Under the pieces are notes generated by a model that was not told the DNA's origin, ran no database searches, and saw only the letters and a program-made list of their open reading frames with translations. A DNA stretch of 60,768 bases, the filler included. It is 5 parts of 5 records of this genome, joined end to end, with 100 filler letters (N's around TTAATTAATTAA, not from the genome) between each part and the next. Parts side by side here need not be neighbours in the genome. Positions count along the whole stretch, not along the records: positions 36,902 to 49,375 come from DRR723986_15768; positions 49,476 to 55,189 come from DRR723986_15770; positions 55,290 to 60,768 come from DRR723986_15923; 2 more parts are not named here. One strand, given 5' to 3'. Both the position numbers and the translations under genes were made by a program. Position 1 is the first letter of the stretch. Each line of letters opens with the position of its first letter. Below are positions 48,219-58,790 of this stretch, in pieces.

Positions 48219-49130
48219 TTAGGCGCCCGCACCCGGCCACTGAGGCGGCATAACGAACACCCGACTGGCCTCTACCCAGCGATCGGATTCCGGCCGCCTG
48301 TTCAAAACGGCAAACATCTGGGGTATCCCGGCGCTCTCCACCCGATCAAGCGCCGCCCTCGCCAATGCTGTATCCGGCGCAGCCGATTGAGCCCAGGGGC
48401 CGATCCAGTCCGGCTTGAACAGGGGCACCCAGCCAGAGATATTCTCCTGCCGGGCCTGATCAAGCCTCATCCAGTGACCTTTCAGATGCTCCCTCGGCAC
48501 CTGTGCCGGCGCTTCAGGCAGCGTTTGAGCAACCGTATAGAACAGATAGCCTGGTATGAAAATTCGTGGCGTTACCGTTTCGCAGACGCCAACACTGGCC
48601 AGCAAGCCCTGGGTTTCTGGTCGCTGGCACAAGCGGCTTTGGTGATTCAGCAGGCGCTCAGTCTTCAGATCCAGCCGATCCCGGGCATTGGGTCCGTACC
48701 ACCGGACCTGATTTGCCTCGGTTACGAAGCCGAGATAGAACTTGATGGCAATTTCGTGGTGCTCCAGTTGGCCGGAGCAGCGGTTGCGAACCAGAAAATC
48801 CAGCTCACCCAGCGTTCGCCCCTCGGCCTGAACCTGCTGATTCTGCAGTACAATGTCCCAACCCAACAGATCCCGCAGTAACACCTCATACAGGCGCTCG
48901 AAATAGTGGCCAAGCCGACGCTCCGGCGTTTCCGTCAACCGCGCAGGCAGGGTATCAGGGTTCCGCTCCCACCGTTTCAACGTCTCCAGGAATTCCGGGG
49001 GCAGATGGGCGGCAGGATCGAAACTGAGCTCATGCCTTAACAGCTGAGACGACAGACACAACCAAGCCAGATGCCGGACCGCCGGCACCTCAAACGCCTG
49101 CAACGTCTCGGTAATCTCGTTTTTAGTCAT
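48219..49130 (-). CDS. DUF1853 family protein
   Basis: VRHLAW, RLGHYFE, TLGELDFL, HHEIAIKFYL, GPNARDRL; ATG 49130. Confidence 0.85.
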   Translation of the reverse strand: MTKNEITETLQAFEVPAVRHLAWLCLSSQLLRHELSFDPAAHLPPEFLETLKRWERNPDTLPARLTETPERRLGHYFERLYEVLLRDLLGWDIVLQNQQVQAEGRTLGELDFLVRNRCSGQLEHHEIAIKFYLGFVTEANQVRWYGPNARDRLDLKTERLLNHQSRLCQRPETQGLLASVGVCETVTPRIFIPGYLFYTVAQTLPEAPAQVPREHLKGHWMRLDQARQENISGWVPLFKPDWIGPWAQSAAPDTALARAALDRVESAGIPQMFAVLNRRPESDRWVEASRVFVMPPQWPGAGA

Positions 49131-49194
49131 TGCCGAAGAATACCGTAAACTGTGGGGTATACAATTCAGAACCTGACCAGCCAAGGAGCACCTT

Positions 49195-49375
49195 ATGCAA
49201 TACCTGCACACCATGATCCGGGTGAGCAACCTGGACGACACGCTGCACTTCTTCTGCGATTTGCTGGGCATGGTAGAAATCAGTCGTAAAAGCAACGAAA
49301 AAGGTCGCTTCACCCTGGTGTTCCTCGCCGCCCCGGACGATGAAGCCCGGGCCCGGGAAGACAAGGCGCCCATGA
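49195..49375 (+). CDS. gloA: Lactoylglutathione lyase, 3'-truncated
   Basis: YLHTMIRV..FFCDLLGM..GRFTLVFL. Confidence 0.85.
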
Positions 49376-49475
49376 NNNNNNNNNNNNNNNNNNNNNNNNN
49401 NNNNNNNNNNNNNNNNNNNTTAATTAATTAANNNNNNNNNNNNNNNNNNNNNNNNNNNNNNNNNNNNNNNNNNNN
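49376..49475. other. Artificial contig linker
   Basis: N44-TTAATTAATTAA-N44. Confidence 0.98.
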
Positions 49476-49526
49476 GCAAACAAGCTGAAAAACCTGACCG
49501 GTCAGTTTCAGGTGAGCAATGCGTAA
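49476..49526 (+). CDS. C-terminal fragment, probably a methyl-accepting chemotaxis protein
   Basis: ANKLKNLTGQFQVSNA*; only 16 aa visible. Confidence 0.5.
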   Translation, partial: ANKLKNLTGQFQVSNA

Positions 49527-49584
49527 GCTGCTGGCCCCGCGTTAGCCTGAGAGCTGGCGGGGCCGGCAAAAAGCCACTTGGCGA

Positions 49585-50328
49585 TCAGAGCCCGTAAGAA
49601 CGCGAAATGGTGTCTATCTCACCGCTTTCCTGCATGGCCTGGTAAGCCGTATTAAGGGCTTTGATCAAGTCGGGATCAGAGTCCTTGTTAATGGCCAGGT
49701 ACATCGGGGTTTCGCGGAAAACAAGAACTGCCTCCAGGCCGGTCACGTCGGAGGCATCGGCGGCCAGGTAGGGGCCTGCCAGGCCATCGGCCACCCATAG
49801 ATCGATCTGATCCTGTTCCAGCCGCTTGGCATTCAGTCCATTGTTGGTGATGGCGGAAACGTCGAATCCTTTGTCTTCCAGGTATCCCGTCATCACATCG
49901 CCCTTGTAGCCACCGATACGGTAATCACGGGCATCCTCAAGATCGTCAAGTTTTATGCTGGAGCCGGGCTTGGCAAACAGGGTCCACTTGATGCTGGAGA
50001 GTGGTCCCACCCATTCAAAGAAGGGCTCCCGTTCGTCTGTCTTGGATACGCAGTAGATACCGTGGTCTTCGTGCCGTTGGGCGCGGTTCATGCCATAGCT
50101 GAGGTCACGCAGTTTGATGCTGTAGTCGACCTTGGCATTCTCAAGAACAGCTTTGAGCACATCGGTGCAGAGGCCGGTGATTTCGGATTCTGAATGGGCA
50201 AAGGGCTGACCGTTAGTGGTCATGTTATAAGGAGGATACTGTTCGGTGTAAACGCGCAATTGCTCGGAAGCAGTGGCACAGCCGGCCAGAACCAGCATGG
50301 CGGCGAGAAGTCCGAGTTTCCCTTTCAT
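49585..50328 (-). CDS. Substrate-binding protein (SBP_bac_3 type)
   Basis: YTEQYPPYN, REPFFEWVGP, IDLW, YLAINK; LAGC lipobox-like; ATG 50328. Confidence 0.85.
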   Translation of the reverse strand: MKGKLGLLAAMLVLAGCATASEQLRVYTEQYPPYNMTTNGQPFAHSESEITGLCTDVLKAVLENAKVDYSIKLRDLSYGMNRAQRHEDHGIYCVSKTDEREPFFEWVGPLSSIKWTLFAKPGSSIKLDDLEDARDYRIGGYKGDVMTGYLEDKGFDVSAITNNGLNAKRLEQDQIDLWVADGLAGPYLAADASDVTGLEAVLVFRETPMYLAINKDSDPDLIKALNTAYQAMQESGEIDTISRSYGL

Positions 50329-50450
50329 GAGGATGCTCCGTTTTCGGTTCAGAATTTGGGAGTTCACTATGGTATTCAACCGGTGTTCAATGAGGCAGCT
50401 CGGATTGTTCTTCTTTACAATGGCGCGCCACTCTGTTTTAAGGATTTGTA

Positions 50451-50825
50451 ATGAAGATGCCCGTTGTCACAGTAACGCTGGTTTCTGCCGCATTGCTCTA
50501 CGTATTGTGGGACCAGACCAGGGGAACCCCGGCTCCGGCCAGTGCAGAGCGTTTCAGTAACTTGGCGACCAGCCCTGCAAGCCGGGGGGAGGTACTTGAT
50601 TTTGTGGTCAGCCGGGTTCCCGTTTTTTGCAGCGAGGCGACGGGACGGGATAGCGGGGAGACATTCAACGATTGTGTGCAGCTAGCAAACAGTCGATCCT
50701 CATCCTGCCGGCGAACGATGGTCGGCCAGTTTCCGGATAACGTGATGTCGGAAGCGGTATTCCGGGATCTGTCGATTACCATGATCAATTGCCTGGTGCC
50801 TCAATCCGGGGTGGTGCAACCCTGA
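50451..50825 (+). CDS. Hypothetical exported protein with four Cys
   Basis: N-terminal hydrophobic segment; lies 27 nt upstream of the DUF2339 gene. Confidence 0.6.
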   Translation: MKMPVVTVTLVSAALLYVLWDQTRGTPAPASAERFSNLATSPASRGEVLDFVVSRVPVFCSEATGRDSGETFNDCVQLANSRSSSCRRTMVGQFPDNVMSEAVFRDLSITMINCLVPQSGVVQP

Positions 50826-50852
50826 AGTAACGACAAGACAAGGAAACGTCCA

Positions 50853-53432
50853 TTGGAAGCATTACTCTTTCTCGTTATCGGAGCTGGCGTGCTGCTGGTG
50901 CCTGTGGGCTCACTTCTGGGCTTTCTGGCGTTCCGGCAAAGAGACCGTCACGCCTCCCGGGTCGAGGATCTGGCTCGGGAAGTCGCCGAACTCCGGGCAG
51001 AGGTTTCCAGGCTTCGCGATACCGGGGTTTCTCTGCTGGATCCGGTGACGCCGGCCACCCCTGATGTGGCGGCGGATGTCGGGTTCGTACGGGAGCCAGC
51101 AAGTTCAGTGGCAGAAACGACAGACTCAGAGACATCTCGGGAGCCGGTCGCGGAAGACACAGCAATTGCCGTTCCCGTGAGTCGGTCGGATGCTCTGGTA
51201 TCCCGTGGCGTGGCGGCATTCAAAGCCAACTGGATGGTCTGGATTGGCGCGCTGAGTGTCAGTCTTGCCGGGATCTTTATGGTGAGCCATTCGATTTCCG
51301 CCGGGCTTATCGGACCAGTGCATCAGTTGCTGATGGCGTTGTTGACCGGGTTGGGGTTGCACGCAGGCGCGGAATATCTTCGTCGGCGTCACATGGGGTC
51401 GGATCAGGTCTTTGCAGCACTGGCCGGAGGTGGCAGTGTCACACTCTATGCAGCCTTTTTGGCGGGCGTTCATCATTATGGATTGATCGGGCCCGTACCG
51501 GCGCTTTTCGCGCTGGCACTGGTTTCCGTCGCGACCATGTTTCTGGCGCTTGTGCATGGCCCATTGCTGGCCATTATGGGGCTATCGGGTGCTTATCTGG
51601 TGCCGCTGCTGGTCGGGGGTGAGGGCGGAAGTGCCGTCTTTGTGCTGAGTTACAGCGTTGTGATCACCGTCAGCTCCCTGCTGTTGATGCAGTATGTCTA
51701 CCGTCCCTGGCTTTGGTTTGGCACCCTGGCCGGCGCCGGACTCTGGTGGCTTCTGGTTGCCGTTAGTGGACGCCACGGCCTGGCGGTGTCCTGTTATCTT
51801 CCCGTGCTTTTCCTGTTGTTTTCGGTCTTACCCGGAGATGGCCTGCTTCCCCTGCAGCGTCGAAGAGACGCCTTGCTGGCAACATTGTTGGCCTGGGGAG
51901 CGTCTATTGCCTGGCAATCGACGGATGATCCCGCTTTTCTGGCGTGGCTATGGATGCTACCGGTCGCCGTATTGTTGCCCCAAAGCCGGCAGCGACTGTG
52001 GTTTTTGCCCTGGGCCGCGGTGTTGGCCACGTTTGCCGGCTGGCTTGTCTATTCTGCCGATCTGAGTCAGGACGTTCTGTTCAGGCCGTTGGGACAGAGT
52101 TTCCATCAGCCCTTCATCACCTATCTGATTCTTGCCTCTGTGCTGGTGGTATTGAGCGTCCTCTGGCAGTGGCGGACGCAGCTGGAGCTGAGGCGGTGGG
52201 CGTCGCTGGCGATGCTGGCGCCCGTTATCTGGCTGTTACTGGGTTGGTTACTTGTTCAGGGCGGGCAGGCTGCAGGCAACTGGGCGTTGGTCGCGCTCCT
52301 GGCGGCGGCGGTCTATGGTGTCGTTGCCTGGCGCTTGGAGCACTCGCCAGGTTATCGCGTTGGCCTGGTCTGGGCGATACTGGCTGCCCACGCGTGCTAT
52401 TCCATGGCGGTTGCCATGTGGTTGCAGGAAGCGTCAATGACATTGGCACTGGCCACTCAGTTCGTCAGCCTGGTCTGGCTTGGACGCCGATACCAGGCGC
52501 CTGAGCTGTTCCTGATTCTCAAGGTTTTACTGGCCATTGTGGTGGCGAGACTGACCTTCAATCCATGGTTGCAGAGCTACGATGCGGGTGGGCATTGGTC
52601 CCTTTGGACCTACGGAGGGGCCACGCTGTTTGCCGGCGCTGCTACCTGGCTGGCCAGAAAGGAGGTCATTCGGCCCTGGCTGGAAGCTGTCACCTTGCAT
52701 CTGCTGGTACTGTTCCTGGGCGTGGAGCTTCGTTACTGGCTATACAACGGGGATATCTTTGCGCGGGAATATGGCGTCACCGAGGCGTCAATCAATACCG
52801 TGCTCTGGGGCGCTTTGAGCATCGTCTACGTTTTCCGGTCCAGGGTCGCGGGAACGCTGGGGTGGCTTTACCGGTTGCTGGCGCGGGCACTGACGGTGAT
52901 CGCTGTTCTGAGTTATCTCGTTGTTGCCGTGGTGCACAACCCCTGGTGGACCGACCGCGTAATTGGCAGTACTCCGGTATTCAATCTGCTGTTGCTGGCG
53001 TATGGCGCGCCGGTCCTTCTGGCTCTGGCCAGCGCTCGATACTCCGATCTTGTGCCCGTTCGCTGGTCTCTTTGTACGGCTGCAGTGGCTTTCGGGGTGT
53101 TCACTTTGCTCGAAATCCGGCATCTGTGGCAGGGCAGTGCGATGACTCTGTCCAGTGGAATGGGGGAGGGCGAGCTCTATACCTACTCGGTGATTGGTAT
53201 GCTCTACTCGATTGCCGCGATCCTTTGGTCCACACGTAACCAGAGCGAACTGCTGCACAAGGCAGGAATGATTCTGCTTGGTCTGGTCATCGGCAAGATC
53301 TTTCTGGTGGATATGGCCGGGCTGCAGGGACTGTGGCGGGTTGCTGCCTTTATGGGGCTGGGGCTGGCGCTGCTTGGCCTGGCGTGGATGTACCGGCGAA
53401 CCTCCGGCTCCGGGAAGGCGTCAGAATCCTGA
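50853..53432 (+). CDS. DUF2339 polytopic membrane protein
   Basis: NWMVWIGAL, many TMs, C-terminal KIFLVDMAGLQGLWRVAAFMGLG. Confidence 0.9.
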   Translation: MEALLFLVIGAGVLLVPVGSLLGFLAFRQRDRHASRVEDLAREVAELRAEVSRLRDTGVSLLDPVTPATPDVAADVGFVREPASSVAETTDSETSREPVAEDTAIAVPVSRSDALVSRGVAAFKANWMVWIGALSVSLAGIFMVSHSISAGLIGPVHQLLMALLTGLGLHAGAEYLRRRHMGSDQVFAALAGGGSVTLYAAFLAGVHHYGLIGPVPALFALALVSVATMFLALVHGPLLAIMGLSGAYLVPLLVGGEGGSAVFVLSYSVVITVSSLLLMQYVYRPWLWFGTLAGAGLWWLLVAVSGRHGLAVSCYLPVLFLLFSVLPGDGLLPLQRRRDALLATLLAWGASIAWQSTDDPAFLAWLWMLPVAVLLPQSRQRLWFLPWAAVLATFAGWLVYSADLSQDVLFRPLGQSFHQPFITYLILASVLVVLSVLWQWRTQLELRRWASLAMLAPVIWLLLGWLLVQGGQAAGNWALVALLAAAVYGVVAWRLEHSPGYRVGLVWAILAAHACYSMAVAMWLQEASMTLALATQFVSLVWLGRRYQAPELFLILKVLLAIVVARLTFNPWLQSYDAGGHWSLWTYGGATLFAGAATWLARKEVIRPWLEAVTLHLLVLFLGVELRYWLYNGDIFAREYGVTEASINTVLWGALSIVYVFRSRVAGTLGWLYRLLARALTVIAVLSYLVVAVVHNPWWTDRVIGSTPVFNLLLLAYGAPVLLALASARYSDLVPVRWSLCTAAVAFGVFTLLEIRHLWQGSAMTLSSGMGEGELYTYSVIGMLYSIAAILWSTRNQSELLHKAGMILLGLVIGKIFLVDMAGLQGLWRVAAFMGLGLALLGLAWMYRRTSGSGKASES

Positions 53433-53528
53433 GACCGTTGATCGGGATTTTGGCGTTGCCCATGACCGGTGTTCGCTATACAGTTAACAAACACTCACTT
53501 AATTCTGGCAGTAGATGAGGAAATCCAG

Positions 53529-54227
53529 GTGACAGAACTCGTAACTTACGAACTGAACGACGGCATTGCCACCATTACCGTGAACAATGGCAAGGCTAAT
53601 GCTCTGAGCCATGAGGTATTTGACGCGCTGAATGCCGCGCTGGACCAGGCAGAGCAGGATAAGGCCATTGTCATTCTCACGGGCCAGCCGGGGATGTTTT
53701 CCGGCGGCTATGATCTCAAGGAAATGCAGAAAGGCCCGAAAGAGGCCATGGCGCTGGTTAAGGTGGGCTCTACGTTTACCCGTCGTCTGGCTGCATTTCC
53801 GCTGCCGGTTATTGCCGCCTGCAGTGGCCACGCCATCGCCAAGGGCGCGTTCGTTCTGCTTTCAGTGGATTATCGAATCGGGGTAGAGGGTGGCTTCAAG
53901 CTGGGCCTGAATGAAGTGGCCATTGGTATGACCATGCACCATGCGGGCATTGAGATTGCGCGCCATCGTATGCCGGCCCCTTACTTCTACCGCTCGGTGG
54001 TAAACGCTGAGATCTTTAACCCGGAAACGGCTATCGCGGCCGGCTTCCTGGATGAAATCGTGGCGCCGGAACAGTTGGCGGAGCGCGCCACAGCGGTGGC
54101 AACGCAAATGAAGCAACTGAACATGCGCGCCCACAAGCAAACCAAGCTCAAAACCAAGGCCGCTTATCTGGAGAAGCTGGACTGGTGCATTGAGCAGGAT
54201 GCAGCCCACTTCGACGTACTGGGCTGA
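53529..54227 (+). CDS. Crotonase/enoyl-CoA hydratase family protein
   Basis: GKANAL, FSGGYDL, GHAIAKGA, GLNEVAIG; GTG 53529 after GAGG. Confidence 0.92.
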   Translation: MTELVTYELNDGIATITVNNGKANALSHEVFDALNAALDQAEQDKAIVILTGQPGMFSGGYDLKEMQKGPKEAMALVKVGSTFTRRLAAFPLPVIAACSGHAIAKGAFVLLSVDYRIGVEGGFKLGLNEVAIGMTMHHAGIEIARHRMPAPYFYRSVVNAEIFNPETAIAAGFLDEIVAPEQLAERATAVATQMKQLNMRAHKQTKLKTKAAYLEKLDWCIEQDAAHFDVLG

Positions 54228-54265
54228 TCCCTGCCGGGGCCACCTGTCTGGTGGCTCCTGTCGCT

Positions 54266-55189
54266 TCAGTTGGTTTCCCGGTAGTTCACCAGATCGTAGC
54301 GCTTCTGGTAACTGCCGTTTTCTCCCGCACACAGCAATCCCGCCTGGACCGGGCAGCCCTGATCGTCAAGAATCAAGGTGCCGATATTGCGGTCACTGGT
54401 CAGGAAGAAGTCGCTGTCTTCCGGCAGCAGGTAACTTTCCTGGTTTTTGCCCAGTAACTCGCCGATCCTGTTGATGGCCCTCAAGCCGATATTCTCACCC
54501 ATGGGTACGTTGTTGCAGGCGCTGCTGCAGATCTGCCAGAGAACGGGCCCCAGGCTGGTTTGACGCCTTCGGGCAAAGGCGTAGTGAACGTCGCCAGAGA
54601 AAACCACCACATGCTCAACGCCGGGTAGTTGGCAGCAGGACGCTTTCAGAGCCTCGAGCGATGCCGTGTCAGCGCTCCAGGGTTCCCGGTCCAGGGTGCG
54701 TTTGAACATGGGAAAATTCAGCTGCAGGTATTCGATGTGACTGAACCCGTAGGTGGGGGTCGGTGAGACCACAATCAGCGTGCGACACTGATGAAACCCG
54801 GAGAGTCGCTGGCCCAGTTGCTGGATCTGCTGATCAGACATCAGGCCAAGGGAGTGTTTGCCTCGCTTGCTGAATTCCCGGTGCGTGCGGGTATCCAGCA
54901 CCGCCACCGGCGGTGTCTGTTCCAGTTCGTAGCCCCAGTACCGCTCAAGTAACCAGTCCCATTCTTTGTGGTCGGCTGGCGTATACTGTTCGAGAAGCGT
55001 TTTGAGTTTTGCCACTTCGGACTTCACCAGAGAGGGCTCATTGCCCCAGTGCTGGCAGAGGAAGTAAGTCTGCAGAGCGTTGATCAGCACGTACCGGCCA
55101 ATGGGCGTGGTGCTCAGTTGCCGGGCGTTCTGTTTCGAGATGTTCCAGTCGTCGGTGACTTCATGGTCATCAAAGATCATGTAGGTCAC
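54266..55189 (-). CDS. PhoD-like (alkaline phosphatase D) metallophosphoesterase, 5'-truncated
   Basis: MIFDDHEVTDDWN, VLDTRT, SGDVHY. Confidence 0.8.
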   Translation of the reverse strand: MTYMIFDDHEVTDDWNISKQNARQLSTTPIGRYVLINALQTYFLCQHWGNEPSLVKSEVAKLKTLLEQYTPADHKEWDWLLERYWGYELEQTPPVAVLDTRTHREFSKRGKHSLGLMSDQQIQQLGQRLSGFHQCRTLIVVSPTPTYGFSHIEYLQLNFPMFKRTLDREPWSADTASLEALKASCCQLPGVEHVVVFSGDVHYAFARRRQTSLGPVLWQICSSACNNVPMGENIGLRAINRIGELLGKNQESYLLPEDSDFFLTSDRNIGTLILDDQGCPVQAGLLCAGENGSYQKRYDLVNYRETN

Positions 55190-55289
55190 NNNNNNNNNNN
55201 NNNNNNNNNNNNNNNNNNNNNNNNNNNNNNNNNTTAATTAATTAANNNNNNNNNNNNNNNNNNNNNNNNNNNNNNNNNNNNNNNNNNNN
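55190..55289. other. Artificial contig linker
   Basis: N44-TTAATTAATTAA-N44. Confidence 0.98.
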
Positions 55290-55802
55290 AACAATGACAT
55301 CCGCGCCTTTGGCGGCGGCGATGGGTTCGTGGCTCAGCGTGCCGCAATCCACACAGATAATGAGGTCGTGGTTGGTGGCGAGTTTCTGCATGGCCGGTAC
55401 GTTGGGGCCATACCCCTCATCGATGCGGTCGGGAACATAGAGCGTCGCTTGTAGACCCATCTGCCGCAACCAGACCAGCAGAAGTGCCGCCGAACTGCCG
55501 CCATCCACGTCATAATCGGCGAAGACTGCGATGCGTTGTTTGCGGCGTACGGCCTCTAGGAACCGCGCAGCGGCGGGTTCCATATCTTTCATCAGGCGGG
55601 GATCAGGCAGCAGATCCTTTAGGGTCGGGTTCAAGAACCCTTTGGCTTCGATGGTGGGGACGCCGCGTCGGGCCAAGACCTGGCAAACCGGCCGGGGCAG
55701 GTCGGTTTGTTGGACCATCATTTCAGCGGCACGTTCGATGTCGATCGAAGGGCCGACCCAGCGTCTGCCCGTTAGCGAATGTGAAACATCGAGAAAGTTC
55801 AT
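55290..55802 (-). CDS. recJ: ssDNA exonuclease RecJ, 3'-truncated
   Basis: FADYDVDG, YVPDRIDEGYG, CVDCG. Confidence 0.95.
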
Positions 55803-55912
55803 GTTCTGCCCCTAGATATGCCAAGGCCGGACCCAATGAGGATCCGGCCAATTCATTTACCCAGAATGGTAACGCTTAGAAAAGCGGTGACATTCCATGT
55901 GGGTGCGCCGGA

Positions 55913-56878
55913 TCAGACCGGTGTGCGATACTGCATGCGACGGACAGAACCTGTCTTTGAGCGCATCAACAACGTGGTGGTTTCAACCCAACCCGGCTGA
56001 CGCTTGATTGGGGGCAACAGCGAGCCACCAGTTACGCCCGTCGCAGCAAAGATAACGTCGGCGGTGACCATTTCGTCGCGCGTGTAAACGCGGTCGAAAT
56101 CGGTGATGCCGGCTTTGGTGGCGCGACCACGTTCGTCGTCGTTGCGGAACAACAGGCGACCAAAGATCTGACCACCCATACATTTCAGAGCCGCAGCAGC
56201 CAAAACACCCTCGGGTGCGCCACCAGAGCCCATGTACATGTCGATGCCTGTGATTTCGCTTTCGGCGCAGTGCATAACGCCAGCAACGTCACCATCGGTG
56301 ATCAGGCGGATTGCAGCACCTGTTTCGCGGACTTCAGCGATCATGGCTTCGTGACGGGGGCGTTCCAAAATGCAGACAGTGATGTCCGAAGGGGCGCAAC
56401 CCTTGGCTTTGGCCAACGCTTCGACGCGCTCTTTTGGGCTCATGTCCAGCGAAACAACGCCGTCTTCAAAACCCGGGCCAATGGCCAGCTTGTCCATATA
56501 GGTGTCAGGCGCGTGCAACATCGAGCCACGTGGGCCCATTGCAATCACGGTCAACGCGTTGGGCATGTCTTTTGCGGTCAGGGTGGTGCCTTCGAGCGGG
56601 TCGAGCGCGATGTCAACGCCGGGGCCATTGCCTGTGCCGACTTCTTCGCCGATGAACAACATGGGGGCTTCGTCACGTTCGCCTTCACCAATCACCACCA
56701 CGCCAGCAATATCCAGCAGGTTCAATTGTTCGCGCATGGCGTTAACGGCGGCCTGATCGGCGGCCTTTTCATCACCACGACCCACCAGCGAGGCAGAGGC
56801 CAAAGCGGCTTGTTCAGCAACGCGGGCAAGGCCCAGTGAAAGCATGCGGTCGTTAAAGTCGATGTCCGAAGAGCTCAT
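55913..56878 (-). CDS. glpX: Class II fructose-1,6-bisphosphatase
   Basis: VIGEGERDEAPML, DPLEGT, DGDV, GAPEGV; ATG 56878. Confidence 0.97.
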   Translation of the reverse strand: MSSSDIDFNDRMLSLGLARVAEQAALASASLVGRGDEKAADQAAVNAMREQLNLLDIAGVVVIGEGERDEAPMLFIGEEVGTGNGPGVDIALDPLEGTTLTAKDMPNALTVIAMGPRGSMLHAPDTYMDKLAIGPGFEDGVVSLDMSPKERVEALAKAKGCAPSDITVCILERPRHEAMIAEVRETGAAIRLITDGDVAGVMHCAESEITGIDMYMGSGGAPEGVLAAAALKCMGGQIFGRLLFRNDDERGRATKAGITDFDRVYTRDEMVTADVIFAATGVTGGSLLPPIKRQPGWVETTTLLMRSKTGSVRRMQYRTPV

Positions 56879-56984
56879 ATTCAATATCCTTTGGTCACGA
56901 AGACAGTTGTAATCGGCATACCCCGGTCCGCACGATCCCTGCAAGGGGGATCAAACGCCGGGGGAGAGGGGGCGCAATGTCAGA

Positions 56985-58271
56985 TCAAACCTCTTCGATG
57001 CGCAGGGCGACAGGGTCGAGGGCAACAACATCGGTGTCGCCAAGGGTGGCAAGTGCGATGTCCAAAGCCGCGCGGGTAGTTTTGTGGGTGACGATCAGGA
57101 CGGGTGCGGTTCCGTTGGTGTGCCCATATTGGCGCATCCGGTCGATCGAAACACCTGCATCCCCCAAGATCGAAGCAACTTTCGCCAATGCGCCGGGTTT
57201 GTCCAACAGTGCAGTGCGCAGATAATAGGGGGCGGGCAAGCCGGTGCGGGCCGGTTGTGCGGCTTCCAGCAGTGTGGCGGGCTGCCCAAAGGTCGGGATC
57301 CGCAGGCCACGCGCAATATCGCAAATGTCGCCCAACACGGCGCTGGCTGTGGGGCCTTCACCGGCACCGGGACCGCGCAGAACGATCTGCTCTACGGCAT
57401 CACCTTCGAGGACAACCATGTTTGTGCCGCCTTCCAACTGCCCAAGGGGCGAATTCGCAGGCACTAGGCAAGGCTGCATCCGCTGCTCAAGGCCACGTGC
57501 AGACCGCTGAGCAACGCCGAGCAGTTTGATGCGATAGCCCATATCGGCCGCTTGGTGGATATCCTCCAGCGTGATGCGCTGGATCCCTTCGATGTCGATG
57601 CCATCAAAGTTGGGTTTTGTGCCAAAGGCGATAGACGACAGAATGGCAAGCTTGTGCGCGGCATCAATGCCGCCCACATCCAGATTTGGATCAGCTTCTA
57701 GGTAGCCAAGCTCAGCGCATTCATCAAATAGGGCGTTATAACCTTGGCCTTTGGCTTCCATATTGGTCAGGATGTAGTTGCAGGTCCCGTTCATGACGCC
57801 CATGACGCGGGTGATCTCGTTGCCGGCCAGACCTTCGGTCAGCGATTTGATCACCGGGATACCACCGGCAACTGCGGCTTCATACCGGATTACCTGACCG
57901 ACGGCTTCGGCCTGTTCGGCAAGGGCCTGACCGTGGATGGCGAGCAAAGCTTTGTTTGCGGTGACAACGTCTTTGCCAGCGGCTAATGCAGCCTCGGTCG
58001 CGTCTTTGGCTGTACCTTCGGACCCGCCCATCAATTCCACGAAGATATCGACATCGTCACGCTTGGCGAGAGCCACCGCATCGGTTTCCCACGCATACCC
58101 TGACAGGCTGACACCACGATCTTTTTCCGCATCACGCGCGCAAACGGCTGTGATTTCGATCTTGCGCCCGGTGCGGGCTTCCAGCATGGCAGCCTGCCGG
58201 CGGATGATCTTAACAACCCCCACGCCGACCGTCCCCAAACCTGCAATTCCAAGCCGCAGAGTCTGTGTCAT
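56985..58271 (-). CDS. hom: Homoserine dehydrogenase
   Basis: GLGTVG, TANK, EAAVAGGIP, NGTCNYIL, DAAHK, GPGAG, C-terminal ACT; ATG 58271. Confidence 0.97.
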   Translation of the reverse strand: MTQTLRLGIAGLGTVGVGVVKIIRRQAAMLEARTGRKIEITAVCARDAEKDRGVSLSGYAWETDAVALAKRDDVDIFVELMGGSEGTAKDATEAALAAGKDVVTANKALLAIHGQALAEQAEAVGQVIRYEAAVAGGIPVIKSLTEGLAGNEITRVMGVMNGTCNYILTNMEAKGQGYNALFDECAELGYLEADPNLDVGGIDAAHKLAILSSIAFGTKPNFDGIDIEGIQRITLEDIHQAADMGYRIKLLGVAQRSARGLEQRMQPCLVPANSPLGQLEGGTNMVVLEGDAVEQIVLRGPGAGEGPTASAVLGDICDIARGLRIPTFGQPATLLEAAQPARTGLPAPYYLRTALLDKPGALAKVASILGDAGVSIDRMRQYGHTNGTAPVLIVTHKTTRAALDIALATLGDTDVVALDPVALRIEEV

Positions 58272-58374
58272 CGTGTGGGTCCTTCTGTTCTTTTGAAATA
58301 GGAGCCCGCGCACAGGCCAGTGGTCGGGGGTGCCTTAGCGGGTTCGGCGCTTGGGTGCAACGGATCAGATGCGG

Positions 58375-58662
58375 TTACTGACTGATCCCCGTGTTCAACC
58401 TGTCCCGTGTGGTGTCATCAACCACCGAAGCTTGTAATTGGGTGGCACGATTGCGCAGCCGTTCACGGCGCCCGGTCAGCTCGTTTTGCAATTTGGAGGC
58501 TTCATCTTCGGGGTCCACAGCAGGGCCGAGAGCCGAGTCCAGCGGAATCAGATCTGGGAAATCGGCTTTGCTCATGTCTGAAGTGACTGTGTCTTTGAGT
58601 TCGGGCACTTGAGTACAAGCCGCCAACAGGGCGAGAAAAACAATGGAAAGCCGCACAGTCAT
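58375..58662 (-). CDS. Hypothetical lipoprotein
   Basis: Lipobox LAAC; ATG 58662. Confidence 0.75.
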   Translation of the reverse strand: MTVRLSIVFLALLAACTQVPELKDTVTSDMSKADFPDLIPLDSALGPAVDPEDEASKLQNELTGRRERLRNRATQLQASVVDDTTRDRLNTGISQ

Positions 58663-58790
58663 ACCAATCCTGATGTCGCAACGTTGATCTGTTGATGCCC
58701 GTAAATTGGGGCGCGCGCAAGTCTGGTTGGACGGCAAGCCATACGATGCGGCACCCGATTCCCACCGAATGTATCGCTCTCATCGCTTTG

